Part shown: positions 44,240-53,433 of the stretch, piece after piece
Layout: each line of letters starts with the position of its first letter
How positions within the stretch are numbered: position 1 is the first letter of the stretch
From: an uncultured Actinomycetota bacterium
Lineage (GTDB): Bacteria > Actinomycetota > UBA4738 > HRBIN12
Direction: 5' to 3'
Length of the DNA: 64,000 nt
Assembly (NCBI GenBank): GCA_963762745.1
Contig: CAVXMB010000002.1
Coordinates: 104,554-168,553 of the forward strand
Position numbers and translations under genes: made by a program
Notes under the pieces: model-generated
What the model was told of the DNA's origin: nothing
The model's database searches: none
The model's input: only the letters and a program-made list of their open reading frames with translations

Positions 44240-45327
44240 ACACGGACATCGAGTACCTGCGGCAGCTGGAGACCGACCTCGACGGCGCGGCCGCCCGCGA
44301 GGAAGCGCGGCGCGAGGAAGCCCGTTCGGCGACACCGGCTCGGCGCCGCACGGGCCAGGTGTGGATGAAGGTCGCCGGCGTCGCCGCCGCCTTCATCGTC
44401 GTGGCGGGGGCGATCGGCTTCGTCGCAGGTGGGAGCAGTGACGACGCGGAACCGGCCAGTCTTGACGGTCCACAGTTCGGGATCGGTGACGCCCCAAACT
44501 CCGACGATTCCGGCGACGGAGGAGCCTTCCGCGCGCCGGCGGTGCCGTCGGCATCTCCCATCCCCACGGACGGGGATGGAGAGACGTCCGGCTACCTCGA
44601 TGATCTGGGCAACGATCGGGCCGAGCGCTCCTCCGACTTCGGGCGCCAGCAACAAGACCTTTCCAAGATCGTTCGGGACGGGCGCATCGGGATCGTTGTC
44701 CCCGATGGGGGCTTCGGCGACGCCGTCGGCGACCTCACCTTCATCGCGGAGCAGCACGGCGGGTTCATCCTGTCGTCGGCGACACAGAACGACCGGTCGG
44801 GCACGTTCGTCCTCCGGATCCCCGCCAGGCGATTCGACCGGGCCATGGGCGACGTGCGCGAGCTCGGTACCCGGGTGCGGTTCCAGGAGATCCGCGGGGA
44901 CGACGTCACCGCGGAGTTCATCGATTCACAGGCTCGTCTCCGCATCCTCCTGGCACGGAGAGCCCTGCTGTTCGACCTGTTCCAGCAGGCCGACACCACC
45001 GAGGAGATCCTCCGGATGTCGGGGCAGTTGGACGACGTCCAGCTCCGCATCGAGCAGATCCAGGGCCAGCTGCGGTTCATCAACGACCAGGTATCCGAGT
45101 CCACCCTTCGGGTCGCGATCCAAGAGCGCAACGCACCCGAGACGGTCACCGAGACCGACGTGGACAACCCGGACCTCGGTTCCTCGGTCGACCTGGCCGT
45201 CCAAGGGTTCCTGCGGATCGTCGGCGCGGTGATCGTCGGGCTCGGCTACCTGATCCCGCTCACGGTGCTCGGCGCGCTCGTGTGGATGGCCGTCTGGTTC
45301 CTCCGGCGCCGGCGCGCCGCGGCCTGA
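44236..45327 (+). CDS. DUF4349-domain membrane protein (candidate anti-sigma partner)
   Basis: The start overlaps the sigma stop (ATGA). TM after about 50 aa, a coiled-coil-rich DUF4349-like core (RIPARRFDRAMGDVRELG...IDSQARLRILLARRALL...) and a C-terminal TM. Confidence 0.7.
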   Translation: MNTDIEYLRQLETDLDGAAAREEARREEARSATPARRRTGQVWMKVAGVAAAFIVVAGAIGFVAGGSSDDAEPASLDGPQFGIGDAPNSDDSGDGGAFRAPAVPSASPIPTDGDGETSGYLDDLGNDRAERSSDFGRQQQDLSKIVRDGRIGIVVPDGGFGDAVGDLTFIAEQHGGFILSSATQNDRSGTFVLRIPARRFDRAMGDVRELGTRVRFQEIRGDDVTAEFIDSQARLRILLARRALLFDLFQQADTTEEILRMSGQLDDVQLRIEQIQGQLRFINDQVSESTLRVAIQERNAPETVTETDVDNPDLGSSVDLAVQGFLRIVGAVIVGLGYLIPLTVLGALVWMAVWFLRRRRAAA

Positions 45328-45921
45328 TCAGACCTCGCGGCGGCCCTCGATGGCTTGGGAGAGCGTGACCTCGTCCGCGTACTCGAGGTCGCCACCGACC
45401 GGGAGGCCGCTCGCGAGTCTCGTCACCCGGATCCCGATCGGCTTCAGCAGCGCGGCCACGTACATCGCGGTGGCGTTCCCCTCGAGGTTGGGGTTGGTCG
45501 CGAGGATCACCTCGGTCACGTGATCGCGCTCGACACGTTCGAGGAGCTCTTGGACGCGGAGATCGTCGGGACCGATGCCGTCCAACGGGCTGATCGCGCC
45601 ACCGAGGATGTGATATCGACCCTTGTGCAACGCCGCCTTCTCGATCGTCGCGGCGTCCTTCGGTTCCTCCACGACGCAGAGCAACGTGCGGTCACGCGAC
45701 TCGTCTCGACAGATCCGACAGAGGTCTCCCTCGGCGACGTTCCCGCACTCCCGACAGAACGCGATCCGATCCTTCACCTGCACGATCGCCGCGGCCAGGC
45801 GCTTCGCGTCCTCCGACGTCGCCTTCACGAGCCAGAACGCCAGGCGCTGTGCGGATTTGGGACCGACGCCGGGCAGTCGGGCCAGCTCGTCGATCAGCTC
45901 CTGGATCGGACCCTCGTACAC
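45328..45921 (-). CDS. recR: Recombination protein RecR
   Basis: [18 protein letters not shown] (HhH), CRECGN...CRIC zinc finger, and a Toprim region. Confidence 0.95.
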   Translation of the reverse strand: MYEGPIQELIDELARLPGVGPKSAQRLAFWLVKATSEDAKRLAAAIVQVKDRIAFCRECGNVAEGDLCRICRDESRDRTLLCVVEEPKDAATIEKAALHKGRYHILGGAISPLDGIGPDDLRVQELLERVERDHVTEVILATNPNLEGNATAMYVAALLKPIGIRVTRLASGLPVGGDLEYADEVTLSQAIEGRREV

Positions 45922-45925
45922 CGCG

Positions 45926-47731
45926 TCAGTCCTCGGGGGCGTCGGGGTCGTCGGTGGGGGTAGCCCCCAGGACGTCCTTCAGGCGTTTCAGAGCTTCTTC
46001 CTCACTGGGTTCCTCGACCTCCTCGACGTAGGCGACCGCAGCGGGTTCGGTGCCGCCGGCATGCGCCTCACGCGTCACGCTCTCGATCCTGGGACGGATC
46101 CCGAAGAGGTCTCCGAGGGCAGCCTGAAGCTTGTCGGCGCGGCTCGCCACTTGCCGCAGGTTGTTGCGGAACGACGGAGGGAACGCGAGCTCCAGGGTCT
46201 CACCGTCGAACGTCGCCGGGGTCGCGCTCTCCAGGAGCGCCCGGAGCACCGGCTGCCCGATCTGGCTGAGATGATCCAGCAACGACGGCCATGAACGGCG
46301 CAGCATCGTGACGTCGACGCTGTCCGCGCTGGCCGCATGCGGCGCATCCGCTGCCACCGGAGCAGCGGCGGGAGCCGCCTCCAAGGCCGCCGGGGCCGCC
46401 TCGGCGGGGACCTCGACGCCGGTGGGCGGCTCGACCAAGGACGAAGGTGTCACTGAGGGTTCGCTTGCCGGCGTTGGGTCCCCGACGCGGGCGGCCTCGG
46501 CGGCCGGCGTTGGGTCCCCAATGCGGGCGGCGCCGGCGGCCTCAGCCGAAGGGACCACACTCGCTGGATCCACGTTCGCCAGCCGCTCGAGCCGCTCCAG
46601 CCGTGCCAGCGTGCCCGCCGGCGACGGATCGGTCTCCGGGATGGTCGCCCGCACCAGGGCGAGCTCGAGCGACAGGCGCGGCGACGTCGTCCACCGCATG
46701 TCGCTCTGCGCGGCCAGCAGCAGCTCGATCACACGGGCGAGCTCGGCGGAGGAGAACTTCTCGGCCTGCATCCGGAGCCCTTCATAGGCGTCCGCGGGGA
46801 TGTCGAGGAGATCCTCCTGGCCCGGCGCCGTCTTCACGAGCAACAGGTCGCGGAAGTGGGCGAGCGTCTCGTTAGTCACGTTGCGAAGATCCTGCCCGTC
46901 CTGGACGAGGCGATTGACGATCTCGAACGCGCTCCGCGCATCGCCGACGGCGACGCCGTCCGCGAGCTCGACCTGCACCTGGCTCCGCGGCGCCCCCAGC
47001 AACGCCTGGATGGCCGCATCATCCACCTTCTGTCCGCCGAGCACACCCGCTTGATCCAGCAGAGACAGGGCGTCTCGCGCAGACCCCTCCGCATGCCGGG
47101 CGATCGCATGGGCCGCGGAGTCGTCCAGCGTCACACCCTCGGACGCGGCGACCTTCTGCAAGAGCTCCGAGAGTCCCTCCATCGTGTGTCTGCGGAAGTC
47201 GAACCGCTGACACCGGCCGACGATCGTGGCCGGCATCTTGTGCGGCTCCGTCGTCGCGAGTACGAAGCGGACGCCGGGCGGTGGTTCCTCGAACACCTTG
47301 AGGAGCGCGTCGAACGCCTCGCGGGAAAGCCGTTGCGCTTCGTCGATGATGTAGACCTTCTCGCGACCCTGGACCGGCGCCGTCGGCGCCTTCTCCCGGA
47401 GCTCGCGCGCGTCCTCCACCCCGCCGTGGGATGCCGCGTCGATCTCCACGACGTCCAGATGGGTGCCCTCGCGGATCGCCACGCACTGGTCGCAACCGCC
47501 GCACGGCTCCGCGGTCGGGCCGGTGGCGCAGTTGACCATCTTGGCCAGGATCCGGGCGGTGGACGTCTTGCCGGTCCCGCGAGGACCGCAGAACAGGAAG
47601 GCGTGATGGAGGCGGCCGTCGCGGATGGCGCCGGTGAGCGCCCTGACGACGTGATCCTGACCGAGGACCTCCGCCGGCGTCTGGGGCCGGTATCGCCGAT
47701 AGAGCGCTTGGTGCTGCCTGTCCTCCGCCAT
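45926..47731 (-). CDS. dnaX: DNA polymerase III subunit gamma/tau
   Basis: [22 protein letters not shown] (Walker A), [11 protein letters not shown] (Walker B), CGGCDQC zinc module. Confidence 0.95.
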   Translation of the reverse strand: MAEDRQHQALYRRYRPQTPAEVLGQDHVVRALTGAIRDGRLHHAFLFCGPRGTGKTSTARILAKMVNCATGPTAEPCGGCDQCVAIREGTHLDVVEIDAASHGGVEDARELREKAPTAPVQGREKVYIIDEAQRLSREAFDALLKVFEEPPPGVRFVLATTEPHKMPATIVGRCQRFDFRRHTMEGLSELLQKVAASEGVTLDDSAAHAIARHAEGSARDALSLLDQAGVLGGQKVDDAAIQALLGAPRSQVQVELADGVAVGDARSAFEIVNRLVQDGQDLRNVTNETLAHFRDLLLVKTAPGQEDLLDIPADAYEGLRMQAEKFSSAELARVIELLLAAQSDMRWTTSPRLSLELALVRATIPETDPSPAGTLARLERLERLANVDPASVVPSAEAAGAARIGDPTPAAEAARVGDPTPASEPSVTPSSLVEPPTGVEVPAEAAPAALEAAPAAAPVAADAPHAASADSVDVTMLRRSWPSLLDHLSQIGQPVLRALLESATPATFDGETLELAFPPSFRNNLRQVASRADKLQAALGDLFGIRPRIESVTREAHAGGTEPAAVAYVEEVEEPSEEEALKRLKDVLGATPTDDPDAPED

Positions 47732-47764
47732 CTACCTCGCTCCTCGGCTCTCCGACGAAAAAGT

Positions 47765-48036
47765 GTGACCGTGCACCCACCGTCGACGCCGCGAGACTCG
47801 GCCGCTACCCGACAGCGGAGCTCCAGCCGGGCTTGCCCACGGCACCCGCCGGTTCACGCTTAGGGCTGCTTCCTTCCGGACCTGACCCGGTTCGCGTTCC
47901 GGCGTCGCGTGGGACCCGACCTTCGACGCTCCGTGACGAGGCGCTCCGGACCTCACGGGCCTCGGGCGGGGATTCAGCCCCGCTGAAGCGGATCGCGGGT
48001 ACAGGGCACCGCTAGCTCCCCGCCTAGCACGGTCAC
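47765..48036 (-). ncRNA. ffs: Signal recognition particle RNA, large (Bacillus-type, Alu-domain-containing) form
   Basis: The minus strand contains the universal domain IV core GGUCAGGUCCGGAAGGAAGCAGC (plus-strand 47865-47887). A 5' segment GUGCUAGGCGGGGAGCUAGCGGUGCCCUGUACCCGCGAUCCGC resembles the B. subtilis scRNA Alu domain. The terminal helix GUGACCGUGC...GCACGGUCAC closes the molecule. Lies immediately upstream of dnaX. Confidence 0.85.
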
Positions 48037-48077
48037 GAAGCCGAGTATACGAGGGCCCTCCGACGTGCCATCCGGGA

Positions 48078-48476
48078 CTACCCCGGCCCGTCGACGTTGG
48101 TGAGCGGCTCTCCCTGCCCCGCGCGCACCACCACCACGGTGCCCTGCTCGGTCGAAGGGTTGCTCTCGCGGTGCACGACGCCCTTCCCGACGAAGACGAA
48201 GTCGCCCGGCTCTGCATCGAAGGTCTCCTCGCCGGCCGGCCCGAACTCCATCCGAAGCGATCCTGTGAGGACGTAGATCGCGCTCTCGTACTCGCCGTGG
48301 TGATGCCACCCGGAGACCATCCCGGCGTCCGTCCGCGCGAGGCCCGCCCACATCCCCGCGGTCTCCACGGCCTGCTCGCGAACGATCCCCGAGGTCGGCT
48401 GGCCCTCCTCCCGCTGTTCGGGCGTAACCCGATAGATCGTGCTCATCCGGCTCCTCCCCCAGCCCCACCGCCCCAT
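48078..48476 (-). CDS. Cupin-domain protein
   Basis: 132 aa. GWHHHGEYESAIYVLTG...GDFVFVGKGVVHRE matches the two cupin motifs. Confidence 0.75.
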   Translation of the reverse strand: MGRWGWGRSRMSTIYRVTPEQREEGQPTSGIVREQAVETAGMWAGLARTDAGMVSGWHHHGEYESAIYVLTGSLRMEFGPAGEETFDAEPGDFVFVGKGVVHRESNPSTEQGTVVVVRAGQGEPLTNVDGPG

Positions 48477-48584
48477 GATGCCTCGGGAGCGGGAACCGCG
48501 CTCGCCCGGTGGTCGTCCAACCCCCGTTCAGCCGGACGGGTGCGGCATCGCCGCCCCGCTCCCTTCCCCTACCAGGAGGACCTG

Positions 48585-49250
48585 ATGGCGATCACCACAC
48601 GGGCTCGGTTGGCCTTGCTCCTTTCGCTCGCGGTCGTGCTGGTCGCCGGGATCGCCGGCGCGCAGTACGTGGGTGCCAGCTCCGAGCCGGTGGCCGGATC
48701 CGAGCCCGGATCCGGCGGCGGCTCGGACGGCGTGGCGGGCATCTGCGTGGCGCCGGAGGAGGCGGACGCGGACGGTGCGAGCGGGATCCCCGGATCGGAC
48801 GACTGCAACGACACGATCGACAACCCGGTCGTGGTCGATCCCGGCGACTGCGGTGAGAAGGTGAACGGCACCGGACCGGATGCGACCGTCAGCTACACGC
48901 CGTGCCCGGGTGACGACGACCCGGTCGTGACCGACCCCTCTCAGGGCGCCCAGAAGGTGGAGCCCACACCGGGGATGTCCGACGTCTACCCGCGGGCGTT
49001 CGACAAGGCGGTCGTCGGCGACGACGGGAGGACGCTCACGATCTTCTTCTGGAGCGGCGTCGAACCCTGCTACGTCCTCGACCACGTCGACGTGGACTAC
49101 GGTCCGGGCGCGATCACCGTCACGCTCTTCGAAGGACACGACGCGAGCGCGGGCGACGTCGCGTGCATCGAGATCGCGCTCCTCAAGAAGGTCGTCGTGC
49201 AGCTGGACGAACCGGTCGGGGATCGGCGCATCGTGGACGGCGCCGCGTAA
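48585..49250 (+). CDS. Secreted/membrane-anchored hypothetical protein (acidic, Cys-containing)
   Basis: AGGAGGA RBS at 48574-48580. N-terminal TM/signal LALLLSLAVVLVAGIAGA. Terminator downstream. Confidence 0.6.
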   Translation: MAITTRARLALLLSLAVVLVAGIAGAQYVGASSEPVAGSEPGSGGGSDGVAGICVAPEEADADGASGIPGSDDCNDTIDNPVVVDPGDCGEKVNGTGPDATVSYTPCPGDDDPVVTDPSQGAQKVEPTPGMSDVYPRAFDKAVVGDDGRTLTIFFWSGVEPCYVLDHVDVDYGPGAITVTLFEGHDASAGDVACIEIALLKKVVVQLDEPVGDRRIVDGAA

Positions 49251-49268
49251 GCCGACACGCGGTGCGGA

Positions 49269-49300
49269 AAGGGCGGGCGACCTGATGGTCGCCCGCCCTT
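49269..49300. terminator. Bidirectional intrinsic terminator
   Basis: aagggcgggcgacc-tgat-ggtcgcccgccctt: a 14-bp stem followed by ttcacc. Lies between convergent genes. Confidence 0.65.
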
Positions 49301-49301
49301 T

Positions 49302-50066
49302 TCACCTCTTGGCGGCCCACACCTCCCACTGGGAGACGGGCAGGAACCCGAGGCCTTCGTACATCCGCTGCGCCATGTCCGACGGTTGCAGCCACGCGAG
49401 GTCCGTCCGATCGTCGAACGCACGAGCCGCGCGGATCGTGAGCGCGGCGCCGATGCCCCGGCGACGAGCAGACTCCACGACACCGACGCCGAAGATCCCG
49501 ACGGTGTCGTGGAGCAGATACGCAGACGCCTCGCCGACCGGCTCACCGTCGATCCACGCGGTGTACATCCGAACGCGTTCGTCCGAAAGCATCTTCCGTC
49601 CGACGAACCCCTCAGCGATCGCCGGCGGCGTGCCGAACGTCGCGACCTCGACGGCGCGCACGGCCTCCAGATCGGGCTCCTCCCGCACCTCGCGGATCTC
49701 GACGTCCATCGGGACGACCTCGGCGGGGAGGAGCCCGATCGTTGCCGCCATCGTGGGCCAGGCATCGACCCGGTGCAGCCCCGCCGCTCGGATCGCGGCC
49801 TCCATGCGCGGATGCCGGCCCACCTCGATCTCGATGCCGAAGAAGGGGTGACCCCGGGACCGGAACACCGCACGGGCCTCCTCGAGCGCGGCCGCCGGAT
49901 CGTCCGGCTCCCGGATCACGCGCGTCCCGTTCAGCTCGGGTGTGGGGAGGTTGGAGAAGGCGACGAGGAGGCCCGCGACCTCGACGACCTCGCCTCCTTC
50001 GACGACTTCCGCGCGGACGCGCTCACCCTCCAGGCCGGCTGCGACGATCCGGTCGGCGAGGTCCAC
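49302..50066 (-). CDS. GNAT-family N-acetyltransferase (start uncertain; the ORF extends to 50153)
   Basis: VGVVESARRRGIGAALT acetyl-CoA-binding motif (Q/RxxGxG/A). GTG 50066 avoids overlap with the divergent HAD gene. Confidence 0.7.
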   Translation of the reverse strand: MDLADRIVAAGLEGERVRAEVVEGGEVVEVAGLLVAFSNLPTPELNGTRVIREPDDPAAALEEARAVFRSRGHPFFGIEIEVGRHPRMEAAIRAAGLHRVDAWPTMAATIGLLPAEVVPMDVEIREVREEPDLEAVRAVEVATFGTPPAIAEGFVGRKMLSDERVRMYTAWIDGEPVGEASAYLLHDTVGIFGVGVVESARRRGIGAALTIRAARAFDDRTDLAWLQPSDMAQRMYEGLGFLPVSQWEVWAAKR

Positions 50067-50099
50067 CCGGGGATGCTCCCACGCGGCTACCCTGCCGCG

Positions 50100-50795
50100 A
50101 TGCTGCCGATCGGTGCCGTGATCGTCGACTTCGACGGAACCGCGTGCCTGCACGACGTCGGCGTGGATCTGTTGGAGAGGTTCGGGGCGCGCAGCGACTC
50201 ACTCGCCGAGGTCGATCGCGCCTTCGACGCCGGGGAGGTCGGTCTCCGCGACGTGCTCGTCGCGGAGGCCGCCTCGCTCCGCGGCAACGATCGAGCGCTG
50301 ATCGCGTTCGCCCTCGACCACTGTCCACTCGACCCCACGTTCGCTCCGTTCGCGACCTGGGTGGCGACCGAGGGTCTGCCGCTCACCGTGGTCTCCGACG
50401 GTTTCGGACTCCACGTCCGGCCGCTGCTCGCAGCGGCAGGACTTGGCCATCTCCCCGTCATCACGAACGATTGGGACGGCGGGCGCCTCGTGTTCGGCGC
50501 GGCGCATCCGACCTGCGTCGGCTGCGGGACGTGCAAGAAGCAGGCGGTGGAGCGAGCGCGCGAGGCGCACGGGACGGTGGCGTTCGTGGGAGACGGCGTG
50601 AGCGACCGGTTCGGCGCTCGATACGCAGACGTCACGTTCGCGAAGGACGCCCTCGCGGAGCACTGCCGCCGGGAATCGATCCCGTTCTTCCCCTACGAGA
50701 ACTTCGACGACGTTCGACGCGGTCTCGAGGAGCTCGGGGTTCCCTCCCCGCCGGTCGACGGGGAGCCGTGCCCCGGATGGCGTGATCCGGTGTGA
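50100..50795 (+). CDS. HAD-superfamily (subfamily IB, MtnX/PSPase-like) phosphatase
   Basis: VIVDFDGTAC (DxDGT motif I), VVSDG (motif II), FVGDGVSD (motif IV). Confidence 0.75.
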   Translation: MLPIGAVIVDFDGTACLHDVGVDLLERFGARSDSLAEVDRAFDAGEVGLRDVLVAEAASLRGNDRALIAFALDHCPLDPTFAPFATWVATEGLPLTVVSDGFGLHVRPLLAAAGLGHLPVITNDWDGGRLVFGAAHPTCVGCGTCKKQAVERAREAHGTVAFVGDGVSDRFGARYADVTFAKDALAEHCRRESIPFFPYENFDDVRRGLEELGVPSPPVDGEPCPGWRDPV

Positions 50796-51685
50796 TGCTC
50801 CCCGACGGGTTTCGCGCTCGCCCGCTCACGACCGAGGACCTCGACGACACCGTGGCGATGGTGAACGCCTGCGAGCGCTTCGACTCCGGCGAGGTGATGC
50901 TCGAACGGGCCGACCTCCTCGCCGACTCGAGGACCGTGGGCTTCGATCTCGATCGTGACTGGATCGGCGTGTTCGAAGGGGAGCGGATCGTCGGTCGAGG
51001 GCTGTTCGTCCATCGCCGCAGCGCGTGGATCGACGTGCACCCGACCGCTCGCGGCCGGGACATCGGAACCTGGCTCCGACGATGGAGCGAGCAACGGGCA
51101 CGGGAGGTCGGTGCCGACCGGATCGGCCAGACGATCGAGGATCGGCGGACCGACGCGACCGACCTGCTCCGGCACGCGGGCTACGCGCCCCGGAGGACGT
51201 CCTGGATCCTGCGCATGGATCATCCGACGCGACCTCCCACACCCGCGCGTCCGGAGGGCATCCAGCTCCGCTCTTCCGAGCCCGACGACGACGACGAGGC
51301 CCTCGCGTTGTTCGAGCGAGCCTTCAGCGAGTGGGAGGATCGCGTCGCGAACGCGCCCGGCACGTGGCGGGCGATGGTGACGGAGCGTGAGGGGTTCCGA
51401 CGCGACGATCTCGTCCTGGCCCTCGCCGGCGACCGGATCGTCGGCGGCGCGTTCCTCATCGACGCGGACGAGATCTGGGTCGACAAGCTGGCGGTCGAGC
51501 GGGAGTTCCGGCATCGAGGGATCGCTCGTGCGCTGCTGCAGACGGCCTTCGCGCGCTCGTTCGAGCGCGGCTACCGCTGGACGAGCCTGTCCACCGACTC
51601 GGACACGGGAGCGTTGTCGCTCTACGAGCGAGTGGGCATGCGGATCCACCGCTCGTTCACGCATCTCTCGGTCGATCTGCGGTGA
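50792..51685 (+). CDS. Tandem-GNAT N-acetyltransferase (mycothiol-synthase-like architecture)
   Basis: Two GNAT halves, each with an R-x-x-G-x-A/G motif (ARGRDIGTWL and HRGIARALL). The start overlaps the previous stop. Confidence 0.75.
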   Translation: MMLPDGFRARPLTTEDLDDTVAMVNACERFDSGEVMLERADLLADSRTVGFDLDRDWIGVFEGERIVGRGLFVHRRSAWIDVHPTARGRDIGTWLRRWSEQRAREVGADRIGQTIEDRRTDATDLLRHAGYAPRRTSWILRMDHPTRPPTPARPEGIQLRSSEPDDDDEALALFERAFSEWEDRVANAPGTWRAMVTEREGFRRDDLVLALAGDRIVGGAFLIDADEIWVDKLAVEREFRHRGIARALLQTAFARSFERGYRWTSLSTDSDTGALSLYERVGMRIHRSFTHLSVDLR

Positions 51686-51696
51686 CGCATCCGGCG

Positions 51697-51784
51697 CGGT
51701 GGCCGAGGGATTCGAACCCTCGAGGGAGTCAACCCCCCTACACGCTTTCCAGGCGTGTCCCTTCGGCCGCTCGGGCAGGCCACC
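51697..51784 (-). tRNA. tRNA-Ser (anticodon GGA)
   Basis: Hand-folded cloverleaf: acceptor GGTGGCC/GGCCACC, anticodon stem CACGC/GCGTG with loop CTGGAAA, long variable arm, T-arm GAGGG-TTCGAAT-CCCTC, discriminator G. CCA is not encoded. Confidence 0.9.
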
Positions 51785-51818
51785 GGGACGAGTCTACCGA
51801 GGCGTCCCGGCGAGCCGA

Positions 51819-52361
51819 TCAGGCCGTTCTCGTCGCGATCAAGGCGGCGAATTTCGACTGACCGATGGACGTGAGGTGGTAGCCGTCGGCCGCGAACCAC
51901 GCGGGATGATCCCGGCTGTAGCCGAACCAGTCGATCAACACGGTGTTGGCGCGCCGTTGCGCGCACGCGGCCAGTCGCTCGTTCTGGATCCTCCGGTAGG
52001 AACGCGGGATCTTCAGGTTCACGAGGAACACCGTCCGGTTCGCTCCGGCGATCTGGGAGATCCGGTCGCAGTCGGCAGCCTCGATGAGGATCCCGTTGTT
52101 CCCGAGGTGGATGATGACCTTCTTCCGAAGCCTGCCTGCATCCTTCAGCTGCCCGACGAGGGGAACGGCATCGCGGAACTGACGGGACACGACCGCGTTC
52201 ACCTTGATCCCGCGTGCGGTGAGCTCCTCCCGGGCGCCGAGCATCACCGAGTCGCCGATCGCGTACCGGCCGGGTGGGATGACTGCGGTCGCGGGGCCGA
52301 TCGGCTCGAGCGCCATCGCGCCGAAGAGGAGAACCGAGACGAAGCGACGGGCCATCCGCAT
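51819..52361 (-). CDS. SGNH/GDSL-like hydrolase domain protein (resembles the C-terminal domain of OafA-type acyltransferases)
   Basis: N-terminal signal/TM, AIGDSVMLGA (block I Ser) and HLGNNG (block III-like). The longer ORF start (52436) would overlap the tRNA gene. Confidence 0.6.
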   Translation of the reverse strand: MRMARRFVSVLLFGAMALEPIGPATAVIPPGRYAIGDSVMLGAREELTARGIKVNAVVSRQFRDAVPLVGQLKDAGRLRKKVIIHLGNNGILIEAADCDRISQIAGANRTVFLVNLKIPRSYRRIQNERLAACAQRRANTVLIDWFGYSRDHPAWFAADGYHLTSIGQSKFAALIATRTA

Positions 52362-52413
52362 ACACCGAGGGTATCGATGGGGGCGGGCCCCCGAACGGGC
52401 CCGCCCGGGGTGG

Positions 52414-52503
52414 CGGAGGCGGCGTGATTCGAACACGCGAGGGGCGGATTAGGCCCCTAACCGCTTTCGAGGCGGTCCCGTTCGTCCACTCCGGCACGCC
52501 TCC
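52414..52503 (-). tRNA. tRNA-Ser (anticodon CGA)
   Basis: Acceptor GGAGGCG/CGCCTCC, anticodon stem ACCGC/GCGGT with loop CTCGAAA, long variable arm, T-arm GCGTG-TTCGAAT-CACGC. 3' CCA is encoded (plus-strand tgg at 52411-52413). Confidence 0.9.
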
Positions 52504-52564
52504 GCCCACGAGTCTAGCGGGCCCGGATTGGCTTCGCGGATCGATCGTGCGAGGATCCACGCAC

Positions 52565-52954
52565 GTGGACGCCAAGAGCCTGGAACGCGTGCCGCTGTTC
52601 GCCGGCCTCTCGCACAAGGAGCGCGAGAAGGTGGCCCGTTGGGCCGACACGGTCGATCTGCCGGCGGGCAAGCATCTGCTCGACGAGGGACGGCTGCCAC
52701 ACGAGTTCTTCGTGATCGTCGACGGCGAGGTCGAGGTGCTCCACGGTGGGGAACGGCTCACGACGCTCGGTCCCGGTGACTTCTTCGGCGAGATCGCGCT
52801 GATCGAGCACGGGCGCCGCACCGCGTCGGTCGTGACCACGACGCCGACGACCCTGGCGGTGATGAGCCCGGCTTCGTTCGCCGCGATGCGGCGTGAGATG
52901 GCAGAGGTCGCCCTCAGGATCGACGATGCGATCCGCGCGCGGATGGCGCGCTAG
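52565..52954 (+). CDS. Stand-alone cyclic-nucleotide-binding domain protein
   Basis: LFAGLS...FFVIVDGEVEV...LGPGDFFGEIALI...RTASVV is the canonical cNMP-binding (FGE...RTA) signature. GTG start at 52565, because upstream ORF codons overlap the tRNA. Confidence 0.75.
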   Translation: MDAKSLERVPLFAGLSHKEREKVARWADTVDLPAGKHLLDEGRLPHEFFVIVDGEVEVLHGGERLTTLGPGDFFGEIALIEHGRRTASVVTTTPTTLAVMSPASFAAMRREMAEVALRIDDAIRARMAR

Positions 52955-53433
52955 CGCCGCTCCCGGAAGAACGCCCGCAACAGGTCGCCGCACTCTTCGG
53001 CGAGCACTCCGTCGGTCACAGCGACGGCGTGATTCAACCTCGGGTCCTGCACGAGGTTCCCGAGCGAGCCTGCGAACCCGGCTTTCGGATCCGCGGCGCC
53101 GAACACGATCCGGTCCACCCTCGAGAGCACCACGGCACCGGCGCACATCGCGCAGGGCTCCAGCGTCACGGTGAGCGTGCACCCCTCGAGACGCCAGGAG
53201 CCGACCGCGGCAGCGGCGGCCCGGAGCGCGAGGATCTCCGCGTGTGCGGTCGGATCGGCCGCCAGCTCCCGCTCGTTGCCCGCCGCCGCCAGGAGCTCGC
53301 CCCCTCGCGCCACGACCGCGCCGATCGGGACGTCGCCGTGGTCGAGACACCGCCGTGCTTCCTCCAGCGCGAGCCGCATGAACCGCTCGTCCTCGGTCTG
53401 TTCACTCGCCTCGCCGCTCGGCGTCAGTCCCAT
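52951..53433 (-). CDS. tadA: tRNA adenosine(34) deaminase
   Basis: HAEILALR and TLEPCAMCAGA zinc-binding motifs. About 160 aa. Confidence 0.9.
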   Translation of the reverse strand: MGLTPSGEASEQTEDERFMRLALEEARRCLDHGDVPIGAVVARGGELLAAAGNERELAADPTAHAEILALRAAAAAVGSWRLEGCTLTVTLEPCAMCAGAVVLSRVDRIVFGAADPKAGFAGSLGNLVQDPRLNHAVAVTDGVLAEECGDLLRAFFRERR

